Shown piece by piece: positions 32,695 to 41,756 of a stretch of 64,000 nucleotides of DNA; position 1 is the first letter of the stretch, and the number at the start of each line of letters is the position of its first letter. Under the pieces are notes generated by a model. That model did no database searches. It was not told the origin of the DNA and saw nothing but the letters and a program-made list of their open reading frames with translations. Location of the stretch: assembly GCA_965222225.1 (NCBI GenBank), contig CBDCTK010000002.1:4704001-4768000 (forward strand). Direction: 5' to 3'. The position numbers and the translations under genes were made by a program. The stretch comes from Candidatus Poribacteria bacterium. Lineage in GTDB: Bacteria > Poribacteria > WGA-4E > JAJDTR01.

Positions 32695-34868
32695 TTACCA
32701 TTCTCCATCTTGGGCTGAAGTCTGAAATAGGCGCCTTCATCGGACTCAAAGGCTTTCAACTCAAGACCGTTTCGCTCTGCGGCTTCAGAGGCTATCGCCA
32801 GCCCAAGCCCCGTTCCGTCCGGTTTGGTGGAAAACTCAGGTTCAAAGATGACTTCATTTTCGATGAGGCTCGGTTCAATTCCCGGTCCGCTATCTCGATA
32901 GTCAATATGGGACAGAGAGTTACCATCGGTCACGAGTTCGATTTTAATTTGCCGTTTGGTTCCTTTCTTTTGGCTCATCCAATAAAGACTGTTGTCGATA
33001 AGATTTGTGAAAACCACGTAGATGTCTTGAGACCAAGCGGAGAATTTAAAGCTGTCAGTACCTCTGATTTCGGTAGATACATCTTCGGATTTCATCTCGT
33101 TTTCAAAAACTGAGAGAGTATTCTCTATTGTCTTCTTCAACTCCAGTGGTTTTTTGGCGGCACGTTTTCCCGCGGCTAGTGGATTAAGTCTTCCGAAGAG
33201 TTTCACGAAAATCTCCATATTTTCCTCAACACCATCGGCAATCGACAGCATTTTTTCAAGTTTTCCCAGATCCCCGGTTTCCTGAAATCTTTCTCTCCAG
33301 TATCTGAGATTCGGTATTTGGTTCCGAAAGTAGCTGAGCGGTTGGCTGCCTTCATGGACTATGACATTAAGGATTTTCCCTAGAGTGGCTTGCCCTTGGT
33401 AAACCCTAAGAGCTTGCCTGATTTCATTAGCATCCCTGCCCTTATCTTTTTCTACCTGGCCAACGATTTCAATAATTCGATCGATGGTTGGTTGATTGCA
33501 CCCATCTTCGGTGAGTTGCCTCCGTATGTTCCGTTTCAACGCATCAAAGGAGAAAAGCCGTCCCAGCTCCCGTTCCACCTTGATAGCAGGCCGACTCAAT
33601 CCTGCTTTTCTTCTGTACTCATAACGCCGCCTTTCCAGTTGCCTGATGACCGCCAGTGTGACTTCCTTCAGCCGATTGAACGCCTCATTCTCTTTAAGCC
33701 CGTCCCGAGCGCTTTTTTCCTCCAAGCCGGACCACTCGACCGAATCAATGTGCACATATCCTATGACTTGATTGTTAGCAATACAGAGTGACGGATTCTG
33801 TACGCGTCTCGCGTTCAGTTTCAACCAGTCAAAATCGGCATCGCCAAGCGGTCGGATGCGGAAGCCGTTCCGATAAACGCCGATACCGTTGTATGCATTC
33901 AGAAGCTGTCTCGCCTGATTTTTCCCGACATAGTTGCCCGATTCCTCCTTTAGTCCTCGTCCAATCAAAGATTCAATGGCATCGTTGTCGCGGTCATACA
34001 CACAGATTTCAATTTGAAACTCGCCGCAGCCAGTAGAATTTTCAAAATCAAATGACACTTCCTCCCTTATATCAAAGTCGATCTGTACGTCGGGAACGTT
34101 ACGGGCTTTCTGTGATGAGTACGTCAGAAAACCTTTACCATTTTTTCCGATGTTCCCCGAGATCCTGTAGTCATAGAGATCGAAAAGTAAATAGGGTTCG
34201 ATCTCTTTCTCAAAGTCCTCCACGCCCGGAAAACCCCGAACTTTCAAGTTTATACGAAATTCATCATCCTTAAAGACGCTACTCACAGGTGATTTTAGTT
34301 TCTTCAACTCAAACTGGAGCTCCTCAAACCGTTTCTGATCCCATTCGGCGAGAAGCTGATTATTTCCATTGATGGTCAGTCGTGTGCCTGGTGACTCCGA
34401 TACCTTCGTTGTTTCAATGGGAATTCCCACGTCATCTAGATATTCAGCAGACTCGAATTTGTTCCATTCAAAAGATGCCGTAGTTTTCTCTCCTTCTGGA
34501 GTCACAGTTTCGAAAAACAAATCTGTGCCGAGAATGGATGCCGCATACCGTCCCACACCCTTATTTCCTTGCATTACCCTTCCCCCACGACTGATGCGTT
34601 TGTCAAATTTGTCCCGCGTTGACGGCACCATCCATTTGTCGATGACATCGTCCCTCGACATCCCGTGACCGTGATCTGAGATAATGATAGAATATCCACT
34701 GCGAGTAGGAGATTTCTTGAATTCCACCTGCACATCCGGAGAGTCTGCATCATACGCGTTTTTTACGAGTTCGACAACAGCCGCAGAATTGTCGTGAATT
34801 AGGTCTTTTCCGATAGTCAGAACGTGCCGCCCCGCGGGCCTAATTTTATGAGTTGTATTGGCGTTCAT
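32691..34868 (-). CDS. GHKL (MORC/MutL-like) ATPase fused to a C-terminal histidine kinase; start ATG 34868
   Basis: N-terminal ELVKNAYDA, DHGHGM, GNKGVGR; C-terminal H-box IVHE, NLIDNS, DSGPGI, FSTK, GTGLGL; GAGGAGG RBS. Confidence 0.88.
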   Translation of the reverse strand: MNANTTHKIRPAGRHVLTIGKDLIHDNSAAVVELVKNAYDADSPDVQVEFKKSPTRSGYSIIISDHGHGMSRDDVIDKWMVPSTRDKFDKRISRGGRVMQGNKGVGRYAASILGTDLFFETVTPEGEKTTASFEWNKFESAEYLDDVGIPIETTKVSESPGTRLTINGNNQLLAEWDQKRFEELQFELKKLKSPVSSVFKDDEFRINLKVRGFPGVEDFEKEIEPYLLFDLYDYRISGNIGKNGKGFLTYSSQKARNVPDVQIDFDIREEVSFDFENSTGCGEFQIEICVYDRDNDAIESLIGRGLKEESGNYVGKNQARQLLNAYNGIGVYRNGFRIRPLGDADFDWLKLNARRVQNPSLCIANNQVIGYVHIDSVEWSGLEEKSARDGLKENEAFNRLKEVTLAVIRQLERRRYEYRRKAGLSRPAIKVERELGRLFSFDALKRNIRRQLTEDGCNQPTIDRIIEIVGQVEKDKGRDANEIRQALRVYQGQATLGKILNVIVHEGSQPLSYFRNQIPNLRYWRERFQETGDLGKLEKMLSIADGVEENMEIFVKLFGRLNPLAAGKRAAKKPLELKKTIENTLSVFENEMKSEDVSTEIRGTDSFKFSAWSQDIYVVFTNLIDNSLYWMSQKKGTKRQIKIELVTDGNSLSHIDYRDSGPGIEPSLIENEVIFEPEFSTKPDGTGLGLAIASEAAERNGLELKAFESDEGAYFRLQPKMENGK

Positions 34869-35031
34869 AACTGATTGCCTCCTCTTTTCCGCGGTGTTTA
34901 ATCCCATGAGGTTTAGTCCGTAGCACAAACGATTGAAAAGTCAATTTGCTTGAATGCCGGCTGAATCATACCGTGAACGTATCTAGAGATTAAGAAATGA
35001 TGCAGGGACTAGATACACCAAACAGCGGAGA

Positions 35032-36045
35032 TTATATCAAGTCAAAGAGATGCTGATGCGTAATTTCCGTATGGAACCAAGCTCCATAGGCACTGCGCAA
35101 CCAGATTTCGGACGTACGAATCCAATCTCTCCAAGCATGCTCCATTTGTGCACGTTCCACATTCAAGACGCTCCAGAGCATCGGCAGCGACTGCGGCTTC
35201 TGAATTAGTAGAGAAATCGCACGTTGGTTTACTTCGGTGCCCTCAGACACAAATGTCAACGGAATCTCCAAGTAGGGATTGAAATTTGAGGGTAGACTTT
35301 CCTCATTGCCTGAAGCAATGTTTGCCGCTAGTTCATGAATATGCAGTGCCAGATAATACGCAACTAGTGAAGCACGGTATTCAAATTCATCGCCGAATAT
35401 GTGTGATAACCACTCCCATCCTGGCCTTTCATACGCTCCGGCCAAATATTTCCAACCTTTTACGCAATTTCCACCAGAATTACCACTAATCGACTCGGCG
35501 TACCCCCTTAATTCACTTCTTTGCCATAGATAAAGGTGCTTTGATGCATCTGCAACAGGAATCTTCGTTCGTGCAAGATCTAGGGCAAGGTCGAGTTGAC
35601 CTGTTAACAGGCTAAGCCCTCCGTGGAGACTGTGGTAGACATACCCTAGTACATCAGGAATGTTAGACCATGTTGTGTTACTAGTACGGTTCCATCCCGG
35701 GATGTTCATCAAATCATAAATCAAAGACTTTTGATCCTTAAGTTCCTCTTTGCAGGATTCAACTCCCATTAAGGCAACAGAAATTAAGGGGGAGATGACA
35801 TTGACGCCACCGTCTACAATCTGAAACAACTTCTCGAAATCCGGTTCTTGTCCATCCAACTCCCTTTCTCGCCATTTTACCAAGGCTTTGAGCACACTTG
35901 GTTTAATTCGTTTCATGAGTTGACGCCACCCAAGCACATCTCCCGCACGAGCAAGTTCAAATGCTACTGAATAAGCGTCGGATGCCGATTCAACGCACTC
36001 CGGGATTTCAGGTAATTGGGCGAAGATTTTAGGATATTCATCCAT
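35032..36045 (-). CDS. Hypothetical protein within the R-M locus
   Basis: 337-aa ORF, GGAG RBS, co-oriented with the hsd genes; no recognisable motif. Confidence 0.7.
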   Translation of the reverse strand: MDEYPKIFAQLPEIPECVESASDAYSVAFELARAGDVLGWRQLMKRIKPSVLKALVKWRERELDGQEPDFEKLFQIVDGGVNVISPLISVALMGVESCKEELKDQKSLIYDLMNIPGWNRTSNTTWSNIPDVLGYVYHSLHGGLSLLTGQLDLALDLARTKIPVADASKHLYLWQRSELRGYAESISGNSGGNCVKGWKYLAGAYERPGWEWLSHIFGDEFEYRASLVAYYLALHIHELAANIASGNEESLPSNFNPYLEIPLTFVSEGTEVNQRAISLLIQKPQSLPMLWSVLNVERAQMEHAWRDWIRTSEIWLRSAYGAWFHTEITHQHLFDLI

Positions 36046-36112
36046 TTTTTGTCTCCAATGTCATACGGATATAAACCGCCTAAGTTTAAACGTCATGCAA
36101 AAGCCGAAAAAG

Positions 36113-37773
36113 TCAATCAACGTGAATCTCCCCTGACAAAAGTTTCGGCAGCAGTGCCTCTCGAATTTGGGAAAGAGTGTGTGATTGATGAATGTTTTCG
36201 ATAATTCTCCCAATGAGTGGTCGTATTAAATCGCTGTATTTTTGAGCGATTTCAAGTTGGGGCAGCACGAATTCATACTTTGACATGTCTCTCCAATTGG
36301 TTCGTGGCATTCTTGTACCCGTGGAATGAGCGTCAGTATAAGCAACGAATTCGTCACAGGACACAATCCCCAAAACAACATCGAACCATTCTGATTTAAT
36401 CGGCTGGACAACTAGAATGTCGGTTGAGCAAACCCCATCGGTCGGCGCAACGCCGACCTTGTGAAAATAAGGTCGAAGTTTCCCAAAGAGGATTTCACCC
36501 TTTCTGAATCGAGATTTATTGCTGCCGATTCCGTCGGCAGTTTGCCATTCAGAGAGAGCTATACTCCGCTTGACATATGCTCTAATCCGATATAAACGTC
36601 GCTTGAGTCGATTTGGTTAACGTTTGCACTACGTCGAACATTTTGTGCAATTTCTCCGAGTGTTCCAACCTCCCACCCCTCCGGAATCTTCCCCAACGGC
36701 GAATCTTGAAAAGCAGAAGGGAATATGGTGGCGGTTTCCGCGTCCATGCCAACGGGCTCCCGCCCCTCCATCTTTGCCCGCACGGGATCTAAATCCACAA
36801 ACCACGACTTGAAGATTGCCTTTGCCATCGCCTCCAGCGTCTCGTTCATCTGCCGATTAAGTTCGATCTTGTCGTCAAGTGAGCCTAGGATGTTGGCAAT
36901 CCGGCGTTGCTCAGGAAGAGGTGGTAATGCAACAAGAAAAGATTCAATGTGCGCTTTGGTAAGCGCTTTTCTTGTCCCTCCAGAATCGTGACCTAGCACG
37001 TAGGCTTTAACCCGCGGAGCACTCAAGTATTTTTGAAGGAAAGTGCTATTTAACCTATCAGAAGTTCGTATAACGGCAACATGTTGATTCACTCTCGCTG
37101 GTAGGGTCCATTTTGGAACAACGCAGCAACGAGCAACTGAATCTCCTGTGATGTTCAAAAGCACATCATCTTCTTGTATATCTACCCGCCGTAATTTATA
37201 TGCTGCAGATTCATCAATGTGGGCTAATCCATCTCTACTGAATTCATGATCGTAGACGTTTTGGCTACGGATCAAACTCACTCCTTCCGATTTATAGACG
37301 TTCTTCCCGCCTCTAGGCGTCGCGCCAGTGCTTATAAATGACGTTACGTCCGCTAAACGAACAACCTCCCAACCGGTAGGCGGCGCTCCTAGGGGTAGTG
37401 ATTTTAACAATAGCTCATTTATTTTGGCACTTTGATTCTGGGTATTTTTTGAATTCGTGCATTCACCTGCAGTCTTCGCTTGGCGTATTACCTCATATTC
37501 CTCAGCAATCACGTGCTTGAACCCATCTGATAGCACATGCCAATCTAACACATCAACCCGAATTGGAAGGTCGGATTCCTCGAATGCCTCTTTCAACTGA
37601 CGCATGCGCCTTAGGCTGAACGGCTCACTACCGACAACTGCAAGATCTAGGTCTGAATAATCCTTTGCTGTCCATGTCATCCGTGATCCATAGGCGCGAA
37701 CCTCGCATTCGGGGGCATGTTCCGTCAGTATGCGTTGAACTGTTTCAAGATATTTGGGATTAAGGTCAATCAT
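36113..37773 (-). pseudogene. hsdS: Type I specificity subunit with an N-terminal nucleotidyltransferase (MNT) domain; single frameshift at ~36570
   Basis: YGSR...SDLDLAV (MNT); TRD1; PPLPEQRRIANILGSLDDKIELN; IPEGWEV; after the shift KRSIALSEW...GKLRPYFHKV...LLPKLLSGEI. Confidence 0.88.
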
Positions 37774-39380
37774 TGTGTGCTTTTATGCCCGAACATTCTC
37801 AGACTATGCCCAATTGCCTCGTCCTGTCGTCTTGCCTCTGCCATCTGATCCGCCAGTCGTTCCGTCAAGAGGGCTATTTTCTCCTCAAACGGCTCGTCAT
37901 CGTCCTCCTGAGCCTCGGCGCCGACGTAACGTCCGGGGGTCAACACATTTCCGTGCTCGTGTATCTCTTCCAAGCTGGTGCTCTTGCAGAAACCCGGGAT
38001 GTCCGAATATTCACCCGCTCCCTCGTCGCTGCGCCAAGCGTGATAGGTGCTGGCAATGCGGGTTACGTCTTCTTCACTGAGTTCCCGGTGCACACGGTCA
38101 ATCATGGCGCCGAGTTTCCGGGCGTCAATGAACAGCGTTTCCTTCCTCCGCTTTCGAAAACGAGAATCCTCTTTATTTCGAGCGAGAAACCAAAGGCACA
38201 CGGGTATCTGCGTCGAATAGAACAGTTGCCCCGGCATCGCGACCATGCAATCGACCAAGTCGGCTTCAATGATATTCTTGCGGATTTCGCCCTCGCTGGT
38301 AGTGTTGGAACTCATCGAACCGTTTGCCAGCACGAATCCGGCGATGCCATCGGGCGCGAGGTGATGGATGAAGTGTTGTACCCACGCAAAGTTGGCGTTT
38401 CCTGTTGGAGGCACCCCGTAAACCCAGCGCCTGTCCTCACGCAGTCGCTCGCCTCCCCAGTCGCTGCTATTGAACGGCGGATTGGCGAGGATGTAATCAA
38501 CTTTCAGGTCGGGATGAAGTTCGCGGTGAAAACTATCGGCGTGCTCAACCCCAAGATTGGCGTCAATGCCGCGAATGGCGAGGTTCATCTGCGCCAGTTG
38601 CCAAGTGGTCGGGTTGGACTCCTGTCCGAAGATTGAGATATCGTCGCGTCCTCCGCCGTGCGCTTCAACAAAGGCTTCACTTTGGACGAACATGCCGCCC
38701 GACCCACAGCACGGGTCGTGCACTCGTCCTTTGTAGGGCGCAAGCATCTCCACCAGCACCCCCACCACGCAGCGTGGCGTGTAGAACTGGCCGCCTCTCT
38801 TGCCTTCTGCGCTGGCAAATTGTGAGAGAAAGTATTCGTAAACCCTACCCAAGATGTCCTTCGATCGATTCTCCTCCTCTCCCAAACCGATTGTGCCAAT
38901 CAGGTCAACTAGCTCGCCAAAGCGACGTTTGTCAAGCATCGGGCGGGCGAAGTTCTTTGGCAGAACACCTTTAAGACGAGGGTTCTCTCCTTCAATGGCA
39001 CCCATGGCTTTGTCAACTAGCGTGCCTATTTCCGGTGTTTTGGCGCGGGCTTGCAGATAGGACCAGCGTGCTTCTGTCGGGACGTAGAAGATGTTTTCCG
39101 CAAGGTATTCATCTCGGTCTTCCACAAACTCGTAACGAAAGGATTCTTCTTCAAGATAATATTCACTCTCAGAATTAGCGGATTGTTTAAGTAGAAAAGC
39201 GTGTCGTTCCTCAAAACGGTCCGAGATGTACTTGAGGAAAATCAACCCCAATACGACGTGTTTGTATTCCGCGGCATCAAGATTGTTGCGGAGCTTGTCG
39301 GCGGCTTGCCACAAGGTGGCTTCAAAACCGAGCGTCGCCCCGTTTCCGTTTGGTTTTGACTTTCTCTTGTTTCTTGCCAT
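37770..39380 (-). CDS. hsdM: Type I R-M methyltransferase subunit M
   Basis: [37 protein letters not shown]. Confidence 0.97.
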   Translation of the reverse strand: MARNKRKSKPNGNGATLGFEATLWQAADKLRNNLDAAEYKHVVLGLIFLKYISDRFEERHAFLLKQSANSESEYYLEEESFRYEFVEDRDEYLAENIFYVPTEARWSYLQARAKTPEIGTLVDKAMGAIEGENPRLKGVLPKNFARPMLDKRRFGELVDLIGTIGLGEEENRSKDILGRVYEYFLSQFASAEGKRGGQFYTPRCVVGVLVEMLAPYKGRVHDPCCGSGGMFVQSEAFVEAHGGGRDDISIFGQESNPTTWQLAQMNLAIRGIDANLGVEHADSFHRELHPDLKVDYILANPPFNSSDWGGERLREDRRWVYGVPPTGNANFAWVQHFIHHLAPDGIAGFVLANGSMSSNTTSEGEIRKNIIEADLVDCMVAMPGQLFYSTQIPVCLWFLARNKEDSRFRKRRKETLFIDARKLGAMIDRVHRELSEEDVTRIASTYHAWRSDEGAGEYSDIPGFCKSTSLEEIHEHGNVLTPGRYVGAEAQEDDDEPFEEKIALLTERLADQMAEARRQDEAIGHSLRMFGHKSTQ

Positions 39381-39510
39381 TCAGTTATCCTCGTGCACAA
39401 TTTGTGACGCCGGACGGGTGTCTCCCGTTGAAGTCATGCTACCGCCAACTCTACCCTTTCACCGTACCACGACACCTTCCTAGAAATGGAGGCACACTTC
39501 ACAACACTTA

Positions 39511-39523
39511 GAGCCTGTTTGAA
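39511..39523 (+). mobile_element. Extra IS5-type terminal inverted repeat
   Basis: GAGCCTGTTTGAA preceded by TTA; perfect reverse complement of TTCAAACAGGCTC at 40740-40752. Confidence 0.7.
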
Positions 39524-39600
39524 TAATCGGTGGCAAAGCCATTTTGGTCATTTGTAGAAAGTTTCTTCATGTTTTCATTGTTGGCTGCTACATACCTATG

Positions 39601-39738
39601 GGATCCCTATCGCACTCGCTATCCACTCGCTTGAGCGCTGCTGGCGCTTTCAAAGGCTGGTAGGATTTCTATCGCGCTCATTATTCATTCGCTTGATCGC
39701 AGGGGATCTCTATCGCAGTCATTATTCATTCCTTTGAT
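39601..39738 (+). repeat. Three copies of the 35-bp element (39601-39635, 39663-39697, 39704-39738) inside two REP-like hairpins
   Basis: ggatccctatcgcactcgctatccactcgcttgag / ggatttctatcgcgctcattattcattcgcttgat / ggatctctatcgcagtcattattcattcctttgat. Confidence 0.88.
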
Positions 39739-39865
39739 CGCACCCTACAAACTATGTCATCGTCCGCGGCGGTTAGAAACCAGCAATCTTTACGCTTCCA
39801 TTGCCATATTTCCTCACATAATGTCACATAATGTCACAATTTTTTAATTTATCTTATCGCGCTAA

Positions 39866-40752
39866 GATCCTGTTTGAAAAAGAAGAAAGTTGTCTGAAGG
39901 GTTGATGATTACGTTTACTCATTGGAGCAGTTCATTCTGAACCAATGAAAGGAGTAAACATCAACCGCACGAGTTATCCCAGTGATTTGACCGATACACA
40001 GTGGGAGAAACTGTTACCATTTCTGCCAACACCTCAACCCTTAGGCAGACCTCTCAAGTGGGAGATGTGTTTAATCATCAACGCCATCTTTTATGTCGTC
40101 AAGTCCGGTTGTCAGTGGCGAATGCTACCCCATGATATGCCACCGTGGCAAACCGTCTACTACCGTTTCAGAAAGTGGAAAGCCGACGATACATGGCTCT
40201 TGATTCATCAGGCACTTCACGAACAAACACGTTGCGATGCTGGCAAAGAACCATCACCGACAGCAGCTATCATCGACAGCCAATCCGTTAAGACGACGGA
40301 ATTAGCGGCGACTAGAGGATTTGATGGTCACAAGAGAGTCAAAGGACGCAAACGACATCTAGTAACTGATACGATAGGTGTTCCATTGATAGTCAAAGTC
40401 ACTGACGCCAATGTCAGTGACAATCAGATAGCTATTGAATTACTAACAGAAGTGTTTAGCTGGTACATAACAATTCAGTTGGTGTGTGCCGATGCTGCCT
40501 ATCGCGGAGAATTAGAAGACTGGTTATATCTAGCTCATCAGTGTCAACTGGAGATTGCATCTACGCTAGGGCAGCAGGGGTTTGAAGTTGTCCCGTTACG
40601 ATGGATTGTTGAACGCACATTTTCTTGGCTTGGCTGGTTTCGTCCATTGACTTTGGATTATGAACGCTATCCTAAGACTGCTCAGACCATGGTGTACATC
40701 GCTTCCATTTACTTGATGCGAAACCGAGTCAAATGACTTTTCAAACAGGCTC
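39866..40752 (+). mobile_element. IS5-family insertion sequence (IS1031-like)
   Basis: Terminal IRs GATCCTGTTTGAAAA and TTTTCAAACAGGCTC (14/15 match), TAA/TTA flanks, one transposase ORF. Confidence 0.9.
39945..40736 (+). CDS. IS5-family DDE transposase
   Basis: YPSDLTDTQW, GCQWRMLP, IIDSQSVK, KGRKRH, ADAAY, RWIVERTFSW. Confidence 0.95.
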   Translation: MKGVNINRTSYPSDLTDTQWEKLLPFLPTPQPLGRPLKWEMCLIINAIFYVVKSGCQWRMLPHDMPPWQTVYYRFRKWKADDTWLLIHQALHEQTRCDAGKEPSPTAAIIDSQSVKTTELAATRGFDGHKRVKGRKRHLVTDTIGVPLIVKVTDANVSDNQIAIELLTEVFSWYITIQLVCADAAYRGELEDWLYLAHQCQLEIASTLGQQGFEVVPLRWIVERTFSWLGWFRPLTLDYERYPKTAQTMVYIASIYLMRNRVK

Positions 40753-40781
40753 TTAACAAAATAATCGAGAAATGATATAAT
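40753..40781 (+). promoter_or_regulatory. Putative sigma-70 promoter for the aldolase gene, abutting the IS end
   Basis: TTAACA-N17-TATAAT with TGn extension; the -35 includes the TTA target triplet. Confidence 0.55.
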
Positions 40782-40917
40782 GCCTTGCACACCTGAAAAT
40801 ATACATCGGAGGAGGTTTTCTGTCAACGATATTCGCTGTCGGATAGTTTGTGTCCTTTTGCGAAAACCATCTTTGGTTTTCAGGAAATTCCGAAATTCAA
40901 CTTAGGAGACCACTGAT

Positions 40918-41727
40918 ATGAGATATAATCGTGTGAGGGAAATTTTTAACTCGGATGAACTTCTGCTTGACACCCGCATGCACAGTCCATGGGGCAACGA
41001 AATTGACATGATTGGCTGTACCGCTCTGAACACCGTCCAGGTTGTCGCGGAGTACGGCGCGCTCGAAACCTTGGATTTTGAGAACCTGTGCCGTGCGGCA
41101 GAAGCCAACAACCTCGGCAAAATCATCAAGCTTGATAGCGCTGGCCAGGAACTCCGCGTTCAGAGGGCAATCGGCGCCGGATTTGAAGCCGTGGTTTTTG
41201 TGGACGTGCACGATCGCGCCGAGACTGAAGAGTGCGTGCGTATTATTCGCGCTTCAACGCCGGAGGATGATGGATTGAATCCGGTTCGACTGGTTCGGGC
41301 GTTCTATCCCGGGTATGGGGGCACGCAAGCCTATATCGACCAGCTGAGAGACATCGTGGTCATCCTCATGATTGAGAAGGCTGAAGCCGTCGAGAATCTG
41401 GATTCGATTCTAGAGGTTGAAGGCGTCGATGGAATAATATGGGGTCCCGGCGATTATTGGCAGAGCATGGGGCAGCCGGAAAAGAGGGGCACGGACGAAG
41501 ATATCGCCATACAGACGCAGGTACACCGTGCCGCGTTGGACCGGGGAGTCGAGCCAATCGTTGAAATCAACACGTTCGACCAAGCGGCACCGTGGCTCAA
41601 TATGGGAATCCGCATGTTCTCGTTGGGAACGACCGTAAGCATTCTTCACAAGTATTGGCGTGAACACGGCGACGGTGTGCGAGAACTACACGCTCAACGC
41701 AAGCAAACCGCCGCTGCTGCCGATTGA
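40918..41727 (+). CDS. HpcH/HpaI aldolase/citrate lyase family protein
   Basis: LMIEKAEAVENLDSILEVEGVDGIIWGPGDY. Confidence 0.85.
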   Translation: MRYNRVREIFNSDELLLDTRMHSPWGNEIDMIGCTALNTVQVVAEYGALETLDFENLCRAAEANNLGKIIKLDSAGQELRVQRAIGAGFEAVVFVDVHDRAETEECVRIIRASTPEDDGLNPVRLVRAFYPGYGGTQAYIDQLRDIVVILMIEKAEAVENLDSILEVEGVDGIIWGPGDYWQSMGQPEKRGTDEDIAIQTQVHRAALDRGVEPIVEINTFDQAAPWLNMGIRMFSLGTTVSILHKYWREHGDGVRELHAQRKQTAAAAD

Positions 41728-41756
41728 TGCTAGGATGATTCCTACCAGCGGTCTGG

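Noticed and set aside
37773-38636. 287-aa plus-strand ORF
   Set aside because: Antisense shadow of hsdM.
39601-39738. Mini CRISPR array (three ~35-bp repeats)
   Set aside because: Gaps are 27 and 6 nt, repeats are divergent, there are no cas genes, the intervening DNA reassembles into REP hairpins, and solo copies occur elsewhere.
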